DNA of 64,000 nucleotides from Camelus ferus (GCF_009834535.1 NC_045697.1:44952001-45016000); one strand, 5' to 3'. Shown: positions 26,096 through 38,840, numbered from the stretch's first letter. Notes: generated by a model not told the origin, from the letters alone. A program made the numbers and translations.

Positions 26096-28342
26096 CAATC
26101 ACCATTTTCTTACAGTCGTTACCCAATAGGAATTATGTGTAAAAATTCTACCAGTGGTTTGTAACGTTTGTGTGTATGCAAGTGGGCAGTGTGACATTTG
26201 TGAACATACTAACCACAAGGAACCAGAGAAAGGCAGCTCTTCCTATAAGAGCACAGCCTGAGAGCAGAGATGGTGTTCAAGGGTCCCAGGGCTACTCTGC
26301 TGCCCACCTCCTCCTGCTAAATCCTGTATCTTTCCAAGCCTGGGATGGCCAGCCTGGCTTTGGAAGCTCTAAGTACAAATAAGAATGGATTAGGAGATTC
26401 TCACTCCTGAATTTGGGAAAGTAGTCCAGCTCTTTAAATAAAGTATCTGCTTTTACAAGAAGCTTTAAAATAGATGGTAGTGGAGAACTGGGATCTAACC
26501 CCTCTTAAAGCTGCTCCCTGATACCGGCCTCACACCCTCTGGGAGCTGACTGACGGAAGCCGCTTATTTGTGCTCTCATATTCAAAGCCCTGTGGCTCTT
26601 TTCCAGGTCTGTTTTAGCATCCTGAGGAACAAGGGGGCGAGTCTCACCAACTCAACCAGCATTCAGGGTGACTTATTTTTTGGTTCAGCCTGAAAAGCCC
26701 TGCATGTATCTTAAAGGAAGGATGATGAGAACCCAGCAGACCAAGGTGTCGCCTGTACCCCTGTTGCTCCTCTGTTCAGTAAGGCCCGGGAGCATCCTGT
26801 GGAGACTAGTTCCCCTGACACATCCATGTGATATAGGTCATCTGGAATGTACCTTCTTGAACAAAGATGCTATTTCGTTTGACACTTTCTATCTGTTTAT
26901 ATTTACACTGCCTGCTGGAATTTTCAGTGTGGCATTTTGTTTAAGTTCCTATAGCACTATTAATGATGACTAATGTGGACTCAAAATATAAAATAACAGG
27001 GATTGTTCTAAGGAAAAATTTACTTCCTCCTTGCATTATCTCTGGAGACTGAAAAATGATTTCCTAAATTGTGGCCTACGGTGATAATCTCATAAGTACA
27101 GTCTCCTCTCTCAGTAAAAGGGTTGGAATCCTTGTTTTGTTTATTGTCTTTGAATCATTTATGGATTTAAAGCCGCCCCACCGAGCACTGACTCATCTCT
27201 GCCAGGTGCGTTGGGCCTCAACGGGTTGGAAGTGAAGTATGGGGTCCCAAGCAGAGAAAGAGATGGAAACCACATTCACAGTTTATTTGCTCACAGATGT
27301 TCACATAATAGAAGCTGAAATTTAAGAAGTAGCTTCTTTTTCTTTGTATTTAATAGGGACAAAGAAAACCGGTGGTGTGGGGGTTGGAAAGGCAAGGGAC
27401 GCTGAAACTGGGAGAAGAATTGGGAACACCCGTGTTCACCAGCCCTGGCAAGAGAATAAACTCATTGACAAGAGTATTGATTTTCTTTCCCATAAACACA
27501 GACCCGGGCCTTTGGCTCTTGAAGATTCATCGGCAAGTGACTTTTACATGAGAAAGGAAGTAGGGCTGATCCGGGATGAGGACCCATCACTGATTGCTCC
27601 CCTCTCCCAGTCCCCTGAAGAGCTGGGAGAGATCATCACGCAGCATCAGGGCCATGACAACTCCGGGTGCTTTGTGGTGCTGCCACGATGTTGCAGACTT
27701 CCTCTCTGCCCGAGTCAGCGCCGTCAGCTTTGGTCTGTTTACTGCAGTGACCTGTCCCCTTGTGGTGTTGAGTTCTCCGTTCTCTCGTGCAAGGAAAGGT
27801 GGGACGGTGTGATTAAAAGAGAGACGTCTGCTGTGACTGTCTCGGCTCGGACATTCTAGGCTAGAAGTAGACGCTGCTGTGTTTCCACTGATGTGTGGTG
27901 CTCCCATGATCAATGACCAAGGGAATAATTGCTTCTAAATTGTGACTCTTATGGTCTGAACAGCGAGATTTCTTTTACGTTTGGTTAAATGAATCAGTGT
28001 TTAAGATGCATTTCCAATATATTACAATTTTTCTAAAAACTATCTTTCTCACATCATATGTTAAATTAATGTTTTAACAGGCTGGGAAGTTTCTCTCCTC
28101 TCCTTGCCCTAGCAACCGGGGCTTATTTTGATTGGAGCAGCAATGCAGACAGGACCATGCCTGATTTTCCAGACGAACAGACATTATTCCACTGATATCT
28201 CCAAGTATCTTATTTTTATCAGTATGAAACTCTAAATAAGCATATAAATAAAATAAAATAAGCATAAATATATATGTAATTGAACTCACATCCCTTACTT
28301 TCTCTAAAAGTTTCACTTTATGAATAGTAATAGTAACACTCA

Positions 28343-28740
28343 CTAGTTGGGACAGGCTTACTGCTGTATGAGACAACCCCCACACGGCAGTAGCTTAACA
28401 CAATACAGATGTGTTTCTTATTCGGATGGGAGGGACGGGGAGATGTTCCATTCAACCATTCAGAAACTCGGGGTCCTTCTGTCTGTGGCTCCACCTTCTT
28501 CTAGGGCCTTCTTCAAGTCCCTTCAGCTGGTGATGGGAAGAGGGTGAATACTGTGCACTGGAGCTGTTTGTGGGTCAATCCTGGAGGAGTCCACATTACA
28601 ACCACTTAATTTTGTAGACTAGAATTTAATCACACAACCATACCCTAGCATGAGGTGGATTACAAATACAGTCTAGGCATGATGGCCAGGCAGAAAAGGA
28701 GAACACAGATATGGGTAAATACTAGCAGTCTTTACCACAT
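28343..28740 (-). mobile_element. MaLR solo LTR (old MLT1 subfamily)
   Basis: AGGCTTACTGCTGTATGAGACAACCCC...GTAGCTTAACACAATA...CCATTCAGAAACTCGGG. Confidence 0.6.
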
Positions 28741-29525
28741 TGAAAAACTAAAAAAAGAAAAGAAAGCTTTAAATAAAAAACCCCATTTATTGTTGAATAT
28801 AAGGCACTACATAAATTTTTAAAAAGATGACATTAAACTGCTATAAATGCAGTAAATTTGGCAATAGCTACACACGCCACTAGAACAACATTAACTACAA
28901 GATCAGCCTGTGCAGAGGAAGTATTTGTTGAATGTCAGTGCTGGTGAGCACGCTCATCAACGTTGACCCCAGCAGCATCTCCATCCAGACGTGACTCAGG
29001 AGCACCTGGAGTTGAAGCAGTAGCCGATACAGAGGTTGTAGGCGAGTGCCGGATGCCTTCTTGATGATGTTCTGACATCTGCTTCTGGTGGAAATCAGTT
29101 TAGCTCATAGACGTTGTGTTGACTGGCTCATAACATTGAATACACTTTATAAGCAGTCATTGAGGGTAGGCTAACTTACTTCTCTTAAAAGGATTTTCTT
29201 CTTTTCTATTTCTTGGGAGATTTCTGAGTTAATGATAGATCCGTTTGGCCAGTTAAGGAAATTCATCCTAACAATCAACTTGTGACTAGCAAGAGCACAG
29301 GACATTAAGATGTTCTGTATTACTCTACCTTCGACTGAAGGTGAACCATCGGGGTATCTGGGTTACTGAATGCTGGATTATCAGACTTCTACTGTACAGT
29401 AAAATGATCTGCATGACACCTTTTTGGCCCATTAGCTCCTTGAGCCCTGGGACTTGTTTTATTCATCTTGTGCCCCTAGCTCCTGGCTGTCGTCTCTGAT
29501 GTTGAGGCCTTCAATAAATACTCTG

Positions 29526-29692
29526 CAGTGGTTCTTGAAGCGTGGCGCCTGGACCAGGAACATCAGTGTTGCATGGGAACCTGTTAAAAATGCAAATTCT
29601 CGGGCCAATCATAGACCTACTGGGGGAGAGCCCAGCAATTCATGTTTTAACAAGCTGGGGTTCTGATACAGGGTTAAGTCTGAGAACCACTC
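29526..29692. mobile_element. MER5A hAT MITE
   Basis: TIRs CAGTGGTTCTT / GAGAACCACT with internal GGGAACCTGTTAAAAATGCAAATTCTCGGGCC. Confidence 0.88.
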
Positions 29693-29715
29693 CTTTACTA
29701 AACTGAAATGGACAG

Positions 29716-29799
29716 TATATATATCTATATAGAGAGTATATGTATATATATATGTGTATGTGTATATAGAGAGAGAGGAGAGAGAGAGAGAGGGAGAGA
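29716..29799. repeat. Compound (TA)/(TG)/(GA) simple repeat
   Basis: Direct observation. Confidence 0.9.
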
Positions 29800-29969
29800 C
29801 AATATTAGTTACTTCCTTGTTGTTCACTGTTCTCAGGCATGTTATTCTATCCTTGGTTTTAGTCCAAGTTTAGATAAAATACATTAAAAATCTTTTCTAG
29901 AATCAGACATTTCTTTGATTTATCCATAATAATGACATCCCTTCAGTTTCACCAGATGTCCCATAAAAT

Positions 29970-30107
29970 CCCAGCTGATAACTTGATTTCAGCCTGGTGA
30001 TGCCGCTTTTGGACTTCTGGCCTCCAGAACTATGACAGAGTAAATTTCTATTGTTTATGTGACCAAGTTTGTGAAAATTTGTTAGAAAGCCACAGAAAAC
30101 TAATATA
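29970..30107 (+). mobile_element. MLT1 LTR 3' fragment
   Basis: GGACTTCTGGCCTCCAGAACTATGACAGAGTAAATTTCTATTGTTT...GAAAACTAATA. Confidence 0.8.
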
Positions 30108-30109
30108 AG

Positions 30110-30960
30110 GAACCTTCTTTAAGTTTTTTTGTTTTTGTTCCTATTAGCAAAATCTTTTGAGTATATCATCCAAAATATGTTTACTCATAAATATTTGCAC
30201 ATAATGTTATGCCAATAGATTATATAGATTATATGATATATGACATAAGAATAAAAATGAAGTAGTAAGAAGGGAAATAATAAGTAATTTTATGTTACTA
30301 ATGATATAAAAATATTTTATTCCTACTTAGAATTATGTTTTAGTGAAAGCAATGTGACTGAATATGCTTCATTAGTTTGAAAATCTTATTTTAACACTTT
30401 CTTTAAGATCTTTATTAAGACTTTGTTAAAGATCTGGTTCGAAGTTTCGTTTATTTAAATATTTCATTCTAATGGCTATTGTAGCTGAAAAAAATTAGCT
30501 CACAGGGACCTGCAGATCCAAGAGAAAGAAGGACATCCTTGACTATGCTTACTAAATCAGAACATTCTTTTACTTTCCATCTCATTTACTAATTATGGAA
30601 ATAATTTTAAAATCTCATTCAGCTAATATATTTCCACCTTAACTTTGTCAATCAGTTGCTCTTGTAAACTAACCAGATGATGTCAAGGCCCTAAACTTTT
30701 ATCAGAGAGTTTCATCTCACGCTCTCCTAACGAATAGCTTCAAACCCCATTGAATGTCTTTATTTGGAAGACTTGAACATAGATGCAAGTCGTTAAAGAG
30801 AGCAGATAGGAGAATATTTTAAGAGAGACATAGTGTTTTCAGGCAACAAGATCACGTAATCATGGAAATATTTCTAGACATCTGTTTTTAAAATGTTCCC
30901 TTTTTTTAAAAAGCAATTTTTAAGTTCATTGTTCGAATACTGCTCTATCATGGAGGGGCA
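30110..30960 (-). mobile_element. hAT-Charlie DNA transposon remnant containing a degraded transposase C-terminus (dimerisation domain)
   Basis: Manual minus-strand translation across stops and frameshifts gives FKNRCLEIFP*LRDLV...LPNKDIQWGLKLF...LQEQLID...KECSDLVSIVKDVLLSLGSAGPCEL/FSATIAIRMKYLNKRNFEPDL. This fits the Charlie/Buster-type pattern LLPFxSTYLCExxFSxxxxIKTKYRNxL. Confidence 0.85.
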
Positions 30961-30982
30961 GATTGAAAAGAAAAAAAATGAG

Positions 30983-31043
30983 AGTTAAATTAGTGGATTT
31001 ATTATTAGTGGATTTATTATAAGTTAATTAGTGGATTTATTAT
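30983..31043. repeat. Three near-tandem copies of TAGTGGATTTATTAT
   Basis: Direct observation. Confidence 0.9.
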
Positions 31044-32749
31044 TTTGAAAAAAAATCTTCTAGATACCTGCAAGGGTTAGCAATCTCTTACATGACAGAA
31101 AGTACACTTGTATTTTTGTAGACAAGGAGCATGAAACTCACCGTCAAGTGTGAAAGCTCTTCAGTGCTGCCAGGAAATAGCCAGTGAACCTCTGTGGAAC
31201 ATAGGCGTTCATAGATACCACCATTCCACTGCAGAATGCTCAAGGCACTTAATGAGTAGTAATTGAATGTGTTATATGGGTGTAGAGGGGGTTTACTCTG
31301 AACATTTTAAATAAAATACTTAGAATTCAGGCCAAGAAAGACATAAGCAAGAAGAGGAGAATGCTTCCTTCCCCACAGAGAACCAAGAGATCTTTGAAGA
31401 AAAGCCTTTATTTCCCTTCCTGTCATCTTCAGGTCCTTTCAAACTCCTAGGCAGGCATTTCTAAACCGAGGCCTGAATCTTTTCTGCTGCTAGTGATCAC
31501 TCTTAAAAGGGCAGGTGGCCCCTGTTTGTCGTAGCCCGTGGGGTGAGGATATCAATTACCTATTAAGAAGAAGGAACTTGAGGCCCAGAGGAGACACTCA
31601 ATCCACCAAAGGTCGCGTGAGTCAATGGCAGCTTAGGACCTAGAACATTAACTGGAGCTTTATTCACTTGAACACCCAGTTTTCCAGGACAGAAAGCAAG
31701 CTGGTTTCTCCTCAAAGATGGATATTTTTTTCTGTGGCATCTGGCACTCCATTTTTCTTAATTACCTGATTGTGGTGTTCAGGAAGAGCCAAGTGTGTCT
31801 TTGGGGGACTGAAAGAGAACAGTCAGACTGTTTGAATAGGAAACATTATGTGACCCAAAAGGGACATATCATCATCAACTAGCTGTCAGAAGAAACAGTG
31901 ATGAAAAATTTCATTCAGAGAAAACTGATTTCTTTATCAAAAGGAATCAGTTTCCAAATACTGTGTGATGCCGTGTAAGCACTTAGACTGGGTCTTAACA
32001 CACCATACCTTCCCTGGAGGGTAAACAAGCACCCTGTGAGTTGTACCCACAGAAGTCATAGGCCCCAGTGAGGGCAGGGCCAGGCACATAGTAAGTACTC
32101 AACAAATACTTGCTGGATAAATGCACTGGCTGCTCTCCTCAACTTCCAGAATCATTTCCCTGCTAGACTGTAGCAAACCCTCCTCTGGTCTTCCTGGTTG
32201 GGATGCTGGAACACAGGTGGGGTGGGATGACCTGTTGTTTCCAAGGCAGGTACCATTCTCATCTTCCTTCTACAGATACGTGTGTGGTGGCTAGTGTACC
32301 GAGGGCTTAGGAACCAGAATGCCTGTGTGTTCCCTTTGTCCTAGAGCCTTGGCTTAACTCTACTGTCAAATAATGGTGAGTTGGCCTGGACCTACACAGT
32401 AGTGGCCACCCTACCAGCCGTTCAGTGAGTACTTTTTGAAGACCTACTATGGCTGGGCATTACACTATCCTGGGAGGTATAAAGATAAATTTTATAGACC
32501 CTTCTCTCAACTAGTCTGTTATTTAATATGTGGCAGCCCCTAGAAAATTGGGGGTTGTGGGAAGCGGGTAAGTTGACCAGTACAGGAGCTGCCCAAGGTG
32601 TGTGCACTAGAAAGAAGGCTGTGCTGTTGACATATTTTATGGGCCTCTTGGGATGTAGTTTAAGACAGAGATGTCAAAATTGAATTTTAATGATACTCAG
32701 AAAGAAAGGAGAAAGATGAAGCTTCAGTGGCTCACTCTCAGTGTCACCC

Positions 32750-33435
32750 TCCATTCCCCAAGCGTGGGCCTGGGCAGGGGTCAGTTCCCCACCTAAGGAT
32801 GGGCCTAGAAAGATCACTGTGGCAGCAGTGTGAGAGGGCAGGGAGGGTGCAGTTGAGGTCTGAGGAGAACCAGAGTGGTGCGGGGGCTGTGGAGGAGTGG
32901 TTGTGAGGTTGCCGAGAACTGTCTGTGTGTGAAAGACACGCTGTGTACAAAGATGTCATCAGAAGTTCGTAAATGGCCAGTGTTTGTTGAGCGCTCACCA
33001 CTTGTCATACACAGCTCTCAGCCCTCTACATTCATCATTTCCTTGAATCTTTACAACCACCACGCATGGTGCTGGTGTTTTTCAGGTGAAGTAATGGAGT
33101 CGTTCAGTTACTTGCTCAGGGACACACAGCTAGGAAGTGGCAGAAGCAGGTTTTGAACTCTTAACCACCACTCTAAGCGACACCGTACTTGACAGATTGG
33201 GTGTGAGAAGGGCATGGAAGGGAGAGCCCCAGGTTGACACCAGGTTTCTGATTGAGAAACCGCTGCCCGTGATGTCTTCACTGTGATGGGGAAGACCAGA
33301 GCAAGAACACATTTGGGAGGCTAGGAGGGTGTGTGGTCTGGAACCGTTTGAGACTGAGACATCTTTGGGACCTGCAGATAGGATGTTCAGTTAGCCGATG
33401 GCATATGGTTCTGGAATTCAGGAGAGAAATCCGAG
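32750..33435 (-). mobile_element. L2 fragments interrupted by a MIR fragment
   Basis: AGAAAGATCACTGTGGCAGCAGTGTG and GGTTCTGGAATTCAGGAGAGA. MIR-like GACACACAGCTAGGAAGTGGCAGA near 33120. Confidence 0.6.
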
Positions 33436-33678
33436 CCAAAAAGAAATTGAGCTAGATCTGAACAAACAAGCAAAAACAAAGAAACAAGAAAAATCAAACA
33501 CGCACACACCTAGCAGGAAACCAAAATTTTAGTGATACTTGAAAATTTGACCTTATATTTTGAGCTGCTGATATCCGGTGTCACCAGATATCCCAACCCA
33601 TAGCATTTATACAAAAATCGGCCTTTATACATAAGGCTGGTTTCTCTGGCTCTTCTCATTAGGAGGCCAAACTCTAAA

Positions 33679-33752
33679 TGATATACATATACACACACAT
33701 ATGTATATACATATATACATGTATACATATGTATATGTATGTAATATACACA
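33679..33752. repeat. Degenerate (TA)/(CA) simple repeat
   Basis: Direct observation. Confidence 0.85.
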
Positions 33753-34843
33753 TGGGTTGTTTTTTTTTTTTGTTATCAGTGGTGGATTGGCAACCGTACA
33801 TGCATAGCCCTTCACTCAGCATTGGTGACACCATTGGCTGGCATCATTGGTAGAGTCTGTGTCCACAGAACTAATCACCGTATACAAACACCAGATGCAC
33901 GCCATTGGTCCCCTGGCACCACATGCCCACCAAAGGGGCTGGCCGACAGCAGTATCAAGAGAGGGGAGATGCTGTTGACATTTTTACGAGCCAGTAAAAA
34001 TAGTGTTTCAGGGCTTATCTATTCCATAAATCTACTTCCAGAACTGATGGGACATTCTATATTGTGGGGAAGATGAATTAGCCTCAGGCCCATGCAGTGC
34101 TTTGTTCCTTGTTCAACAAAGGGAACTACCCACATGCAGCTGTTGCCCACAGGAAAGTGCATTTCAGTCTTTAATCAAGAGTGTCCTTCAAGGGCTGCAC
34201 ACACACCCTTTCCAACCCCAAATCAGAATGTGCCCCCATTTTCTGACCTTTGTTGAATGCCTATCAGGGTATCAGTTTCACGGAGATCTTAGGTGATGAG
34301 TGGTTTAAAACCAGAGGTCTTGGCGTTAGGTTAGTGATGGCTTCTGGTAGCAGGAAGTCACTCCTTGTGAACTCTCAAAGCTTCTCTCTGTCTTTCTGTG
34401 GGGCGGGGTGGTGGGCAGTGCTGCCCTACACCGGAACTCGGAGCCTGCTGGGACCCTACTAAGCAGAAAATGGACGGAAAACTGCAAAGAGAAAGAAAAC
34501 CAATACAGTAGGCAACCAGTACTTTAAGCAGTGGAAATTCACTGTGAGGAAAAGCTGGGCCTGCAGAATTCGGAATAAGCAGGATGACAGGTGCCCCGGG
34601 ACATGCCTCTGTTTTTTCTAATAGGAATTGCCTCAAGGGCCATTCTTTCTGTTCTCTGTGTAGCCAGGGTAGCTGTTGCTGGGTGAGTCACCTGTGAGAG
34701 AAACCCGTGTTGTCCTGAAAGGGGTCTAGCGTTATTCTCCCTTCTCTCTTTAAACAACCAGTCTTTAAACTTTTTAAATTGTCTTCCCCTGTCTACAGAC
34801 AAAAAGTTGAGTAAAGATTCTCAGTAAACGTATGTACCCTTAA

Positions 34844-34845
<2 letters not shown>

Positions 34846-34886
<41 letters not shown>

Positions 34887-34942
34887 GTGTGTGGGCGTGT
34901 GTGGGCGTGTGTGCGCGCGTGCGTGTGTGCGCGCGTGCGTGC
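34846..34942. repeat. (TG)n grading into a (TG/CG) alternating purine-pyrimidine tract
   Basis: Direct observation. Confidence 0.95.
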
Positions 34943-35477
34943 TACTGGCTATTATGTTATGAACATGACAACAGTTCTGCCTCTTGCTCACTCAAGTGAA
35001 GCATGTTGGAATGCCCATGAGTGAGAAGGGCGTGATCATTTCAGTTGTTAATTATTAGTCATTGTTGGTGAAAAAGAAAAATTCATTGTAATGCAATCTG
35101 TCCATTTCAATCTTGATACCCCAGACTAAGAAAGCCTGGGTTGGAGAGAGGAGACTGGGAGAGACTCCTGCTGGAGGCCCCAGAGAAGCAATGGGAGAAG
35201 TCAATACATTCGTCGTTCAGCAGTTCTGCACTGCACACCTACTGTGTGCCTCCGAGCAAAGCAAGGCTCTGGGTCCCATTTCCAAAGGCTCGATGGAGGC
35301 CCTGGGAGGGGGTGATGGTGTAGGAAATGAACATGCCTGCTGGGTCAGGTAGACCAGGAGGAAAGACAAGCAGAGTGAGGGGAAGGGGGATGGGAGGGCC
35401 TGCTCGCTCTTTTCTTTTTTTTTTCCCCTCTGTGTTTTATTTTTAAATGTTTTTTACATTAAAATTTTGTTATTGGC

Positions 35478-35530
35478 TTTTGTTTTTTATTGGAGTACGG
35501 TTGATTTACAATGTTGCGTTAGCTCTTTCT
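35478..35530 (-). mobile_element. Very short L1 3' terminal fragment
   Basis: TTTTATTGGAGTACGGTTGATTTACAATGTTGCGTTAG is the antisense of the L1 extreme 3' end. Confidence 0.7.
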
Positions 35531-36211
35531 GATGCGGGAAATCTTCTGAGACGTGGAACTGAGGCCTGACCTGACTGCAGGGAGGCAGCTCCCGGGGGAA
35601 GTCCATTTTGGTACCCATTTTGGGTCCTATTCTTGTGTCCCTGGTTGCAGATGACCGCAGCCCAGTGGGCCTGAGAGTGACCTCCCAGGGGCCCGCAGGC
35701 TCCTGGGGAACAGGAGGCCCATCCTCGGCAGCTGTGAGCCGCCACATAAATAAGGCGCTGGGCTTTGTTACACTCAGTGTGCTCCCCGTCAGCCTGACAA
35801 GCGCAGTGCCCTTTGTGCTTGCTAATAAAGGATCTGCTCTCTGATTAAGGTTCCCAAATGCCAACTGTGAGCTGGTGAGCCCTGCTTCTCTCTCCCTGCC
35901 TCTTCCAATGTGAGGCCGGGGCCTCAGGAGCCTTGGAAGACGTTGAGGAATGTGGATTGCCATTGCCTTGTATAAAATGATGTTCAAGACATGCAAGCAG
36001 TTGGCCTCCACCTGTAGACAAATGAGCCTGTAGGACAGTGCCTAAGGAGAGGCTGAAGCAGGAAGTGTGAACTTTTGTTTTAAGGACGACTAGAAACCTT
36101 CAGAGTCTCTTTCCCGAGATATTTCTACTGAACTTTTTTTCAGTGATAGAAATAACACATTCTTTAATAAGTCCAACCACGCAATGGTATTTTAGAAATT
36201 AACCATCTCCA

Positions 36212-36535
36212 TACAAATTTTATTTACAGACCAGAAGTAGACTCATGGACATAGAAAGCAAACTATGGTTACCAAATAAGAAAGGATGGGGGAGGGATAA
36301 ATTGAGAGTTTGCGGTTAACAGATATACACTACTATATATAAAATAGATTAACAAAGACCTTTTGTATATCTCAGGGAACCATATTCAGTTTCTTGTAGT
36401 AAGCTATAATGGAAAAGAATATGAAAATACATGTATATTATGTATACTGTGTCTGTACATGTATAACTGAATTGCTTTCCTGTACACCTGAAACTAACAT
36501 TGTGAATCAACCACACCAATAAAAAAATTTTTTTA
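36212..36535 (+). mobile_element. 5'-truncated L1 3' end with 16-bp TSD
   Basis: AGACTCATGGACATAGAAAGCAAACTATGGTTACCAA...GGAGGGATAAATT...CTGTACACCTGAAACTAACA. TSD is AAATTAACCATCTCCA (36196-36211) / AAATTAACAATCTCCA (36536-36551). Confidence 0.93.
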
Positions 36536-36829
36536 AAATTAACAATCTCCAATTTTATCTTTCTCTGATCACTTGTATCCAAGAATAGCACAGAGATCAA
36601 AAGTGTAGGTTCTCAGCCAGACAGCCTGGTCTAACGCCTGCCTGACCCTTGCTAGCTGTGTGACCTGCAGAGGTAACCTATTTTGGCTACAGTTTCCTTG
36701 TCTGTAAAATGGGAGTGGTACGAATCTTTTACCTACCATGTGAGATTGTTGTATGATGCCCTTAAAATCTGATAAAAAGTAAGCACTATGTTCATATTAG
36801 CTATTATGAGGTGTCACCTCACTTTTTCC

Positions 36830-37340
36830 CTCTTAAATCAAATCATCGTATAGAACTTAGCAACTCTTTCTTTTTTTCACTTAATCTATCACAAGTGTCT
36901 TTCTAGATCCAAATCCAAACATAAGTAGGTATTAATTTTTAGCAGCTGCATACCACTACTTAATATGAATTGCCATTTATTTGAAGATTACATTTGTAGT
37001 GGCATTTGGTTGTTTATAAGTTTTCTTTCTTACAGACAAGGTAGTAATGAAGATTTTTGTACCTATTTCCTTTGGTACTATTGCTTTGGTTTCTAAAAGA
37101 TTCTTAAAACTGGGATTTCTGGATCAAAGTGATGAGATTTTTAAAACGGTAATAGATGTCCCAAAATAACATAGCAATTTGCACTCCTCCCAGAAATATC
37201 TGAGTGCTCATTACCCCGTGTGCTTACCAGCAGTGGATATGATCAATCTTTAATTTTTTCCAGTCCAGCAGGCAAAAAATAGAATCTCATTGTCCTTTCA
37301 ACTGACATTTCTCTGACTGCCATCGAGACTGGGTGCATTG
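36830..37340 (-). mobile_element. Old L1M (L1ME-like) fragment
   Basis: CATTTGGTTGTTT...GGGATTTCTGGATCAAA...AATTTGCACTCCTCCCAG antisense L1ME motifs. Confidence 0.65.
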
Positions 37341-37499
37341 AAAGGTTCTAAGCTAGGGCATTAAATAGTAAGATTCCTACTTGGGAAGATTCCTGGGACT
37401 ACAGTATGGAAAACTGGTTAGGATGGGAGTGGGGATGGCTGCTCTGGGACGAGGGAGAATGGTCAGGAGGCTGTTCTGTTCTACCTTTACCCATTATTT

Positions 37500-38325
37500 T
37501 GACAATAACCTCTACTCCCAAGTGTCAACCTCTAACCCTGGATCTTTGCCCTGGGTTCCAGCATCGTGTTTCTTTTTCTGAATTACTCCATGGGTGTCAG
37601 TTGTAGAGGCAGCTCAAACTCCAAGTGTCCAGAATAAGTTCCTATGTCCTATTTCCTCTCTCTCCCAAACCAATCTTTCCTCCTATTTTCTTGATGTAGT
37701 TAATGGCCTTACTATCCCCCTAACTCACTCTCGGATTAGGTTTAGTTATTCTTGCCTGAACTACAGAACTTGGAGTCGCTGTCCAGTCCTTATCCTTCAC
37801 CTCCCACAGCCATTCCGTCTCTAAGCCCTGTGACTTTTACCTCTGGTGAGTCCTTCAGGTCCCCCCGCCTGCCATTCCCTTTGCAGCTGCCATGTGCTCA
37901 CAGCTTCATCATCTTTTTCTGGATTACTTACCTTCATGAGTTCCTGGCCTGATGATGTTACGTCTGTTCTCTTCTCTCTGTTTGAAATTCTCGTCCATCA
38001 TTTACCCCCCAAGTGGTGAAGTGAATCTTCCTCCTAAGCTCAGTTGGATGTTCCTTACCCTGTGAAGCCCCCTGATATTCGCACTCCTACTCCAGGCAGA
38101 GCTGGTAACTGCTCCTGTGCTCCTGCTGTAATCTCTACATCCTTAGACGGCAACACTTACCCCCTAGTACCACCACTTGAATCCACAGCACTTTTTCTCC
38201 TTCAGATACCTATACTCTTTGAGAAAGTGGGCCATGACCTCCTCACCTTTCTAGCCAGCACACTACCTGGCAAAGGTAGCAGGTTAACAGTTCGTTCAAA
38301 CAAAGAAAGCACAGTGGTTTCAACT
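37500..38325 (+). mobile_element. L2 fragment
   Basis: Pyrimidine-rich L2 body (ACTCCCAAGTG...CTCAAACTCCAAGTGTCCA...CTGGATTACT). Confidence 0.6.
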
Positions 38326-38840
38326 TTTGCTGCTAAGAATGCAATTACTAGTCAAATTATTTTAAATTTTAAATTGTAAAACACCACTTACTTCTTGTGG
38401 AAATTGTGGGGAACATACAAAAAGTAGAAACAAAAAGTGACAGCGAGTCATCCGTGTTCCCACTTATAATTTTATCTTGCCTTTCCCCCTCTTAGTTTAA
38501 TGATTATATAATAATCTATAGTGGGATGAGTTTCCCCTCCATCTCCAAGTCTCCATTCCTATAGTCTGGGAATCTTAGACTAAACTGAAAAGGAGGGAAC
38601 CTGCTGTAATGTCAATTAATACTGGGAAGAGAAGGGCATTCCATTAATATAAGAGAAAAAATATGTTAGCATAAGGGTATTCTTCACAGTGTTTTGATAA
38701 GATGTAATATTTTCCAGTGTAGTGCCATGGGTCTAGAGTTAAATTCTTACAGGAATTGAGCTTGGGATGAATGAATAGATTGTTGGCACTCATCTTGAAT
38801 CCCTACCTGTCAGTGTAGGCTTTATCACTCATAATCGTGG

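Noticed and set aside
27344..27859. 171-aa plus-strand ORF
   Set aside because: TTG start, no recognisable homology and no convincing exon boundaries.
30983..31043. Three short direct repeats, superficially CRISPR-like
   Set aside because: No unique regular spacers, eukaryotic context and no cas genes; this is simple tandem slippage.
35487..36011. Longest ORF (174 aa, minus strand)
   Set aside because: Non-ATG start, no recognisable domain, and its end runs into an L1 fragment. It is consistent with chance in GC-richer DNA.
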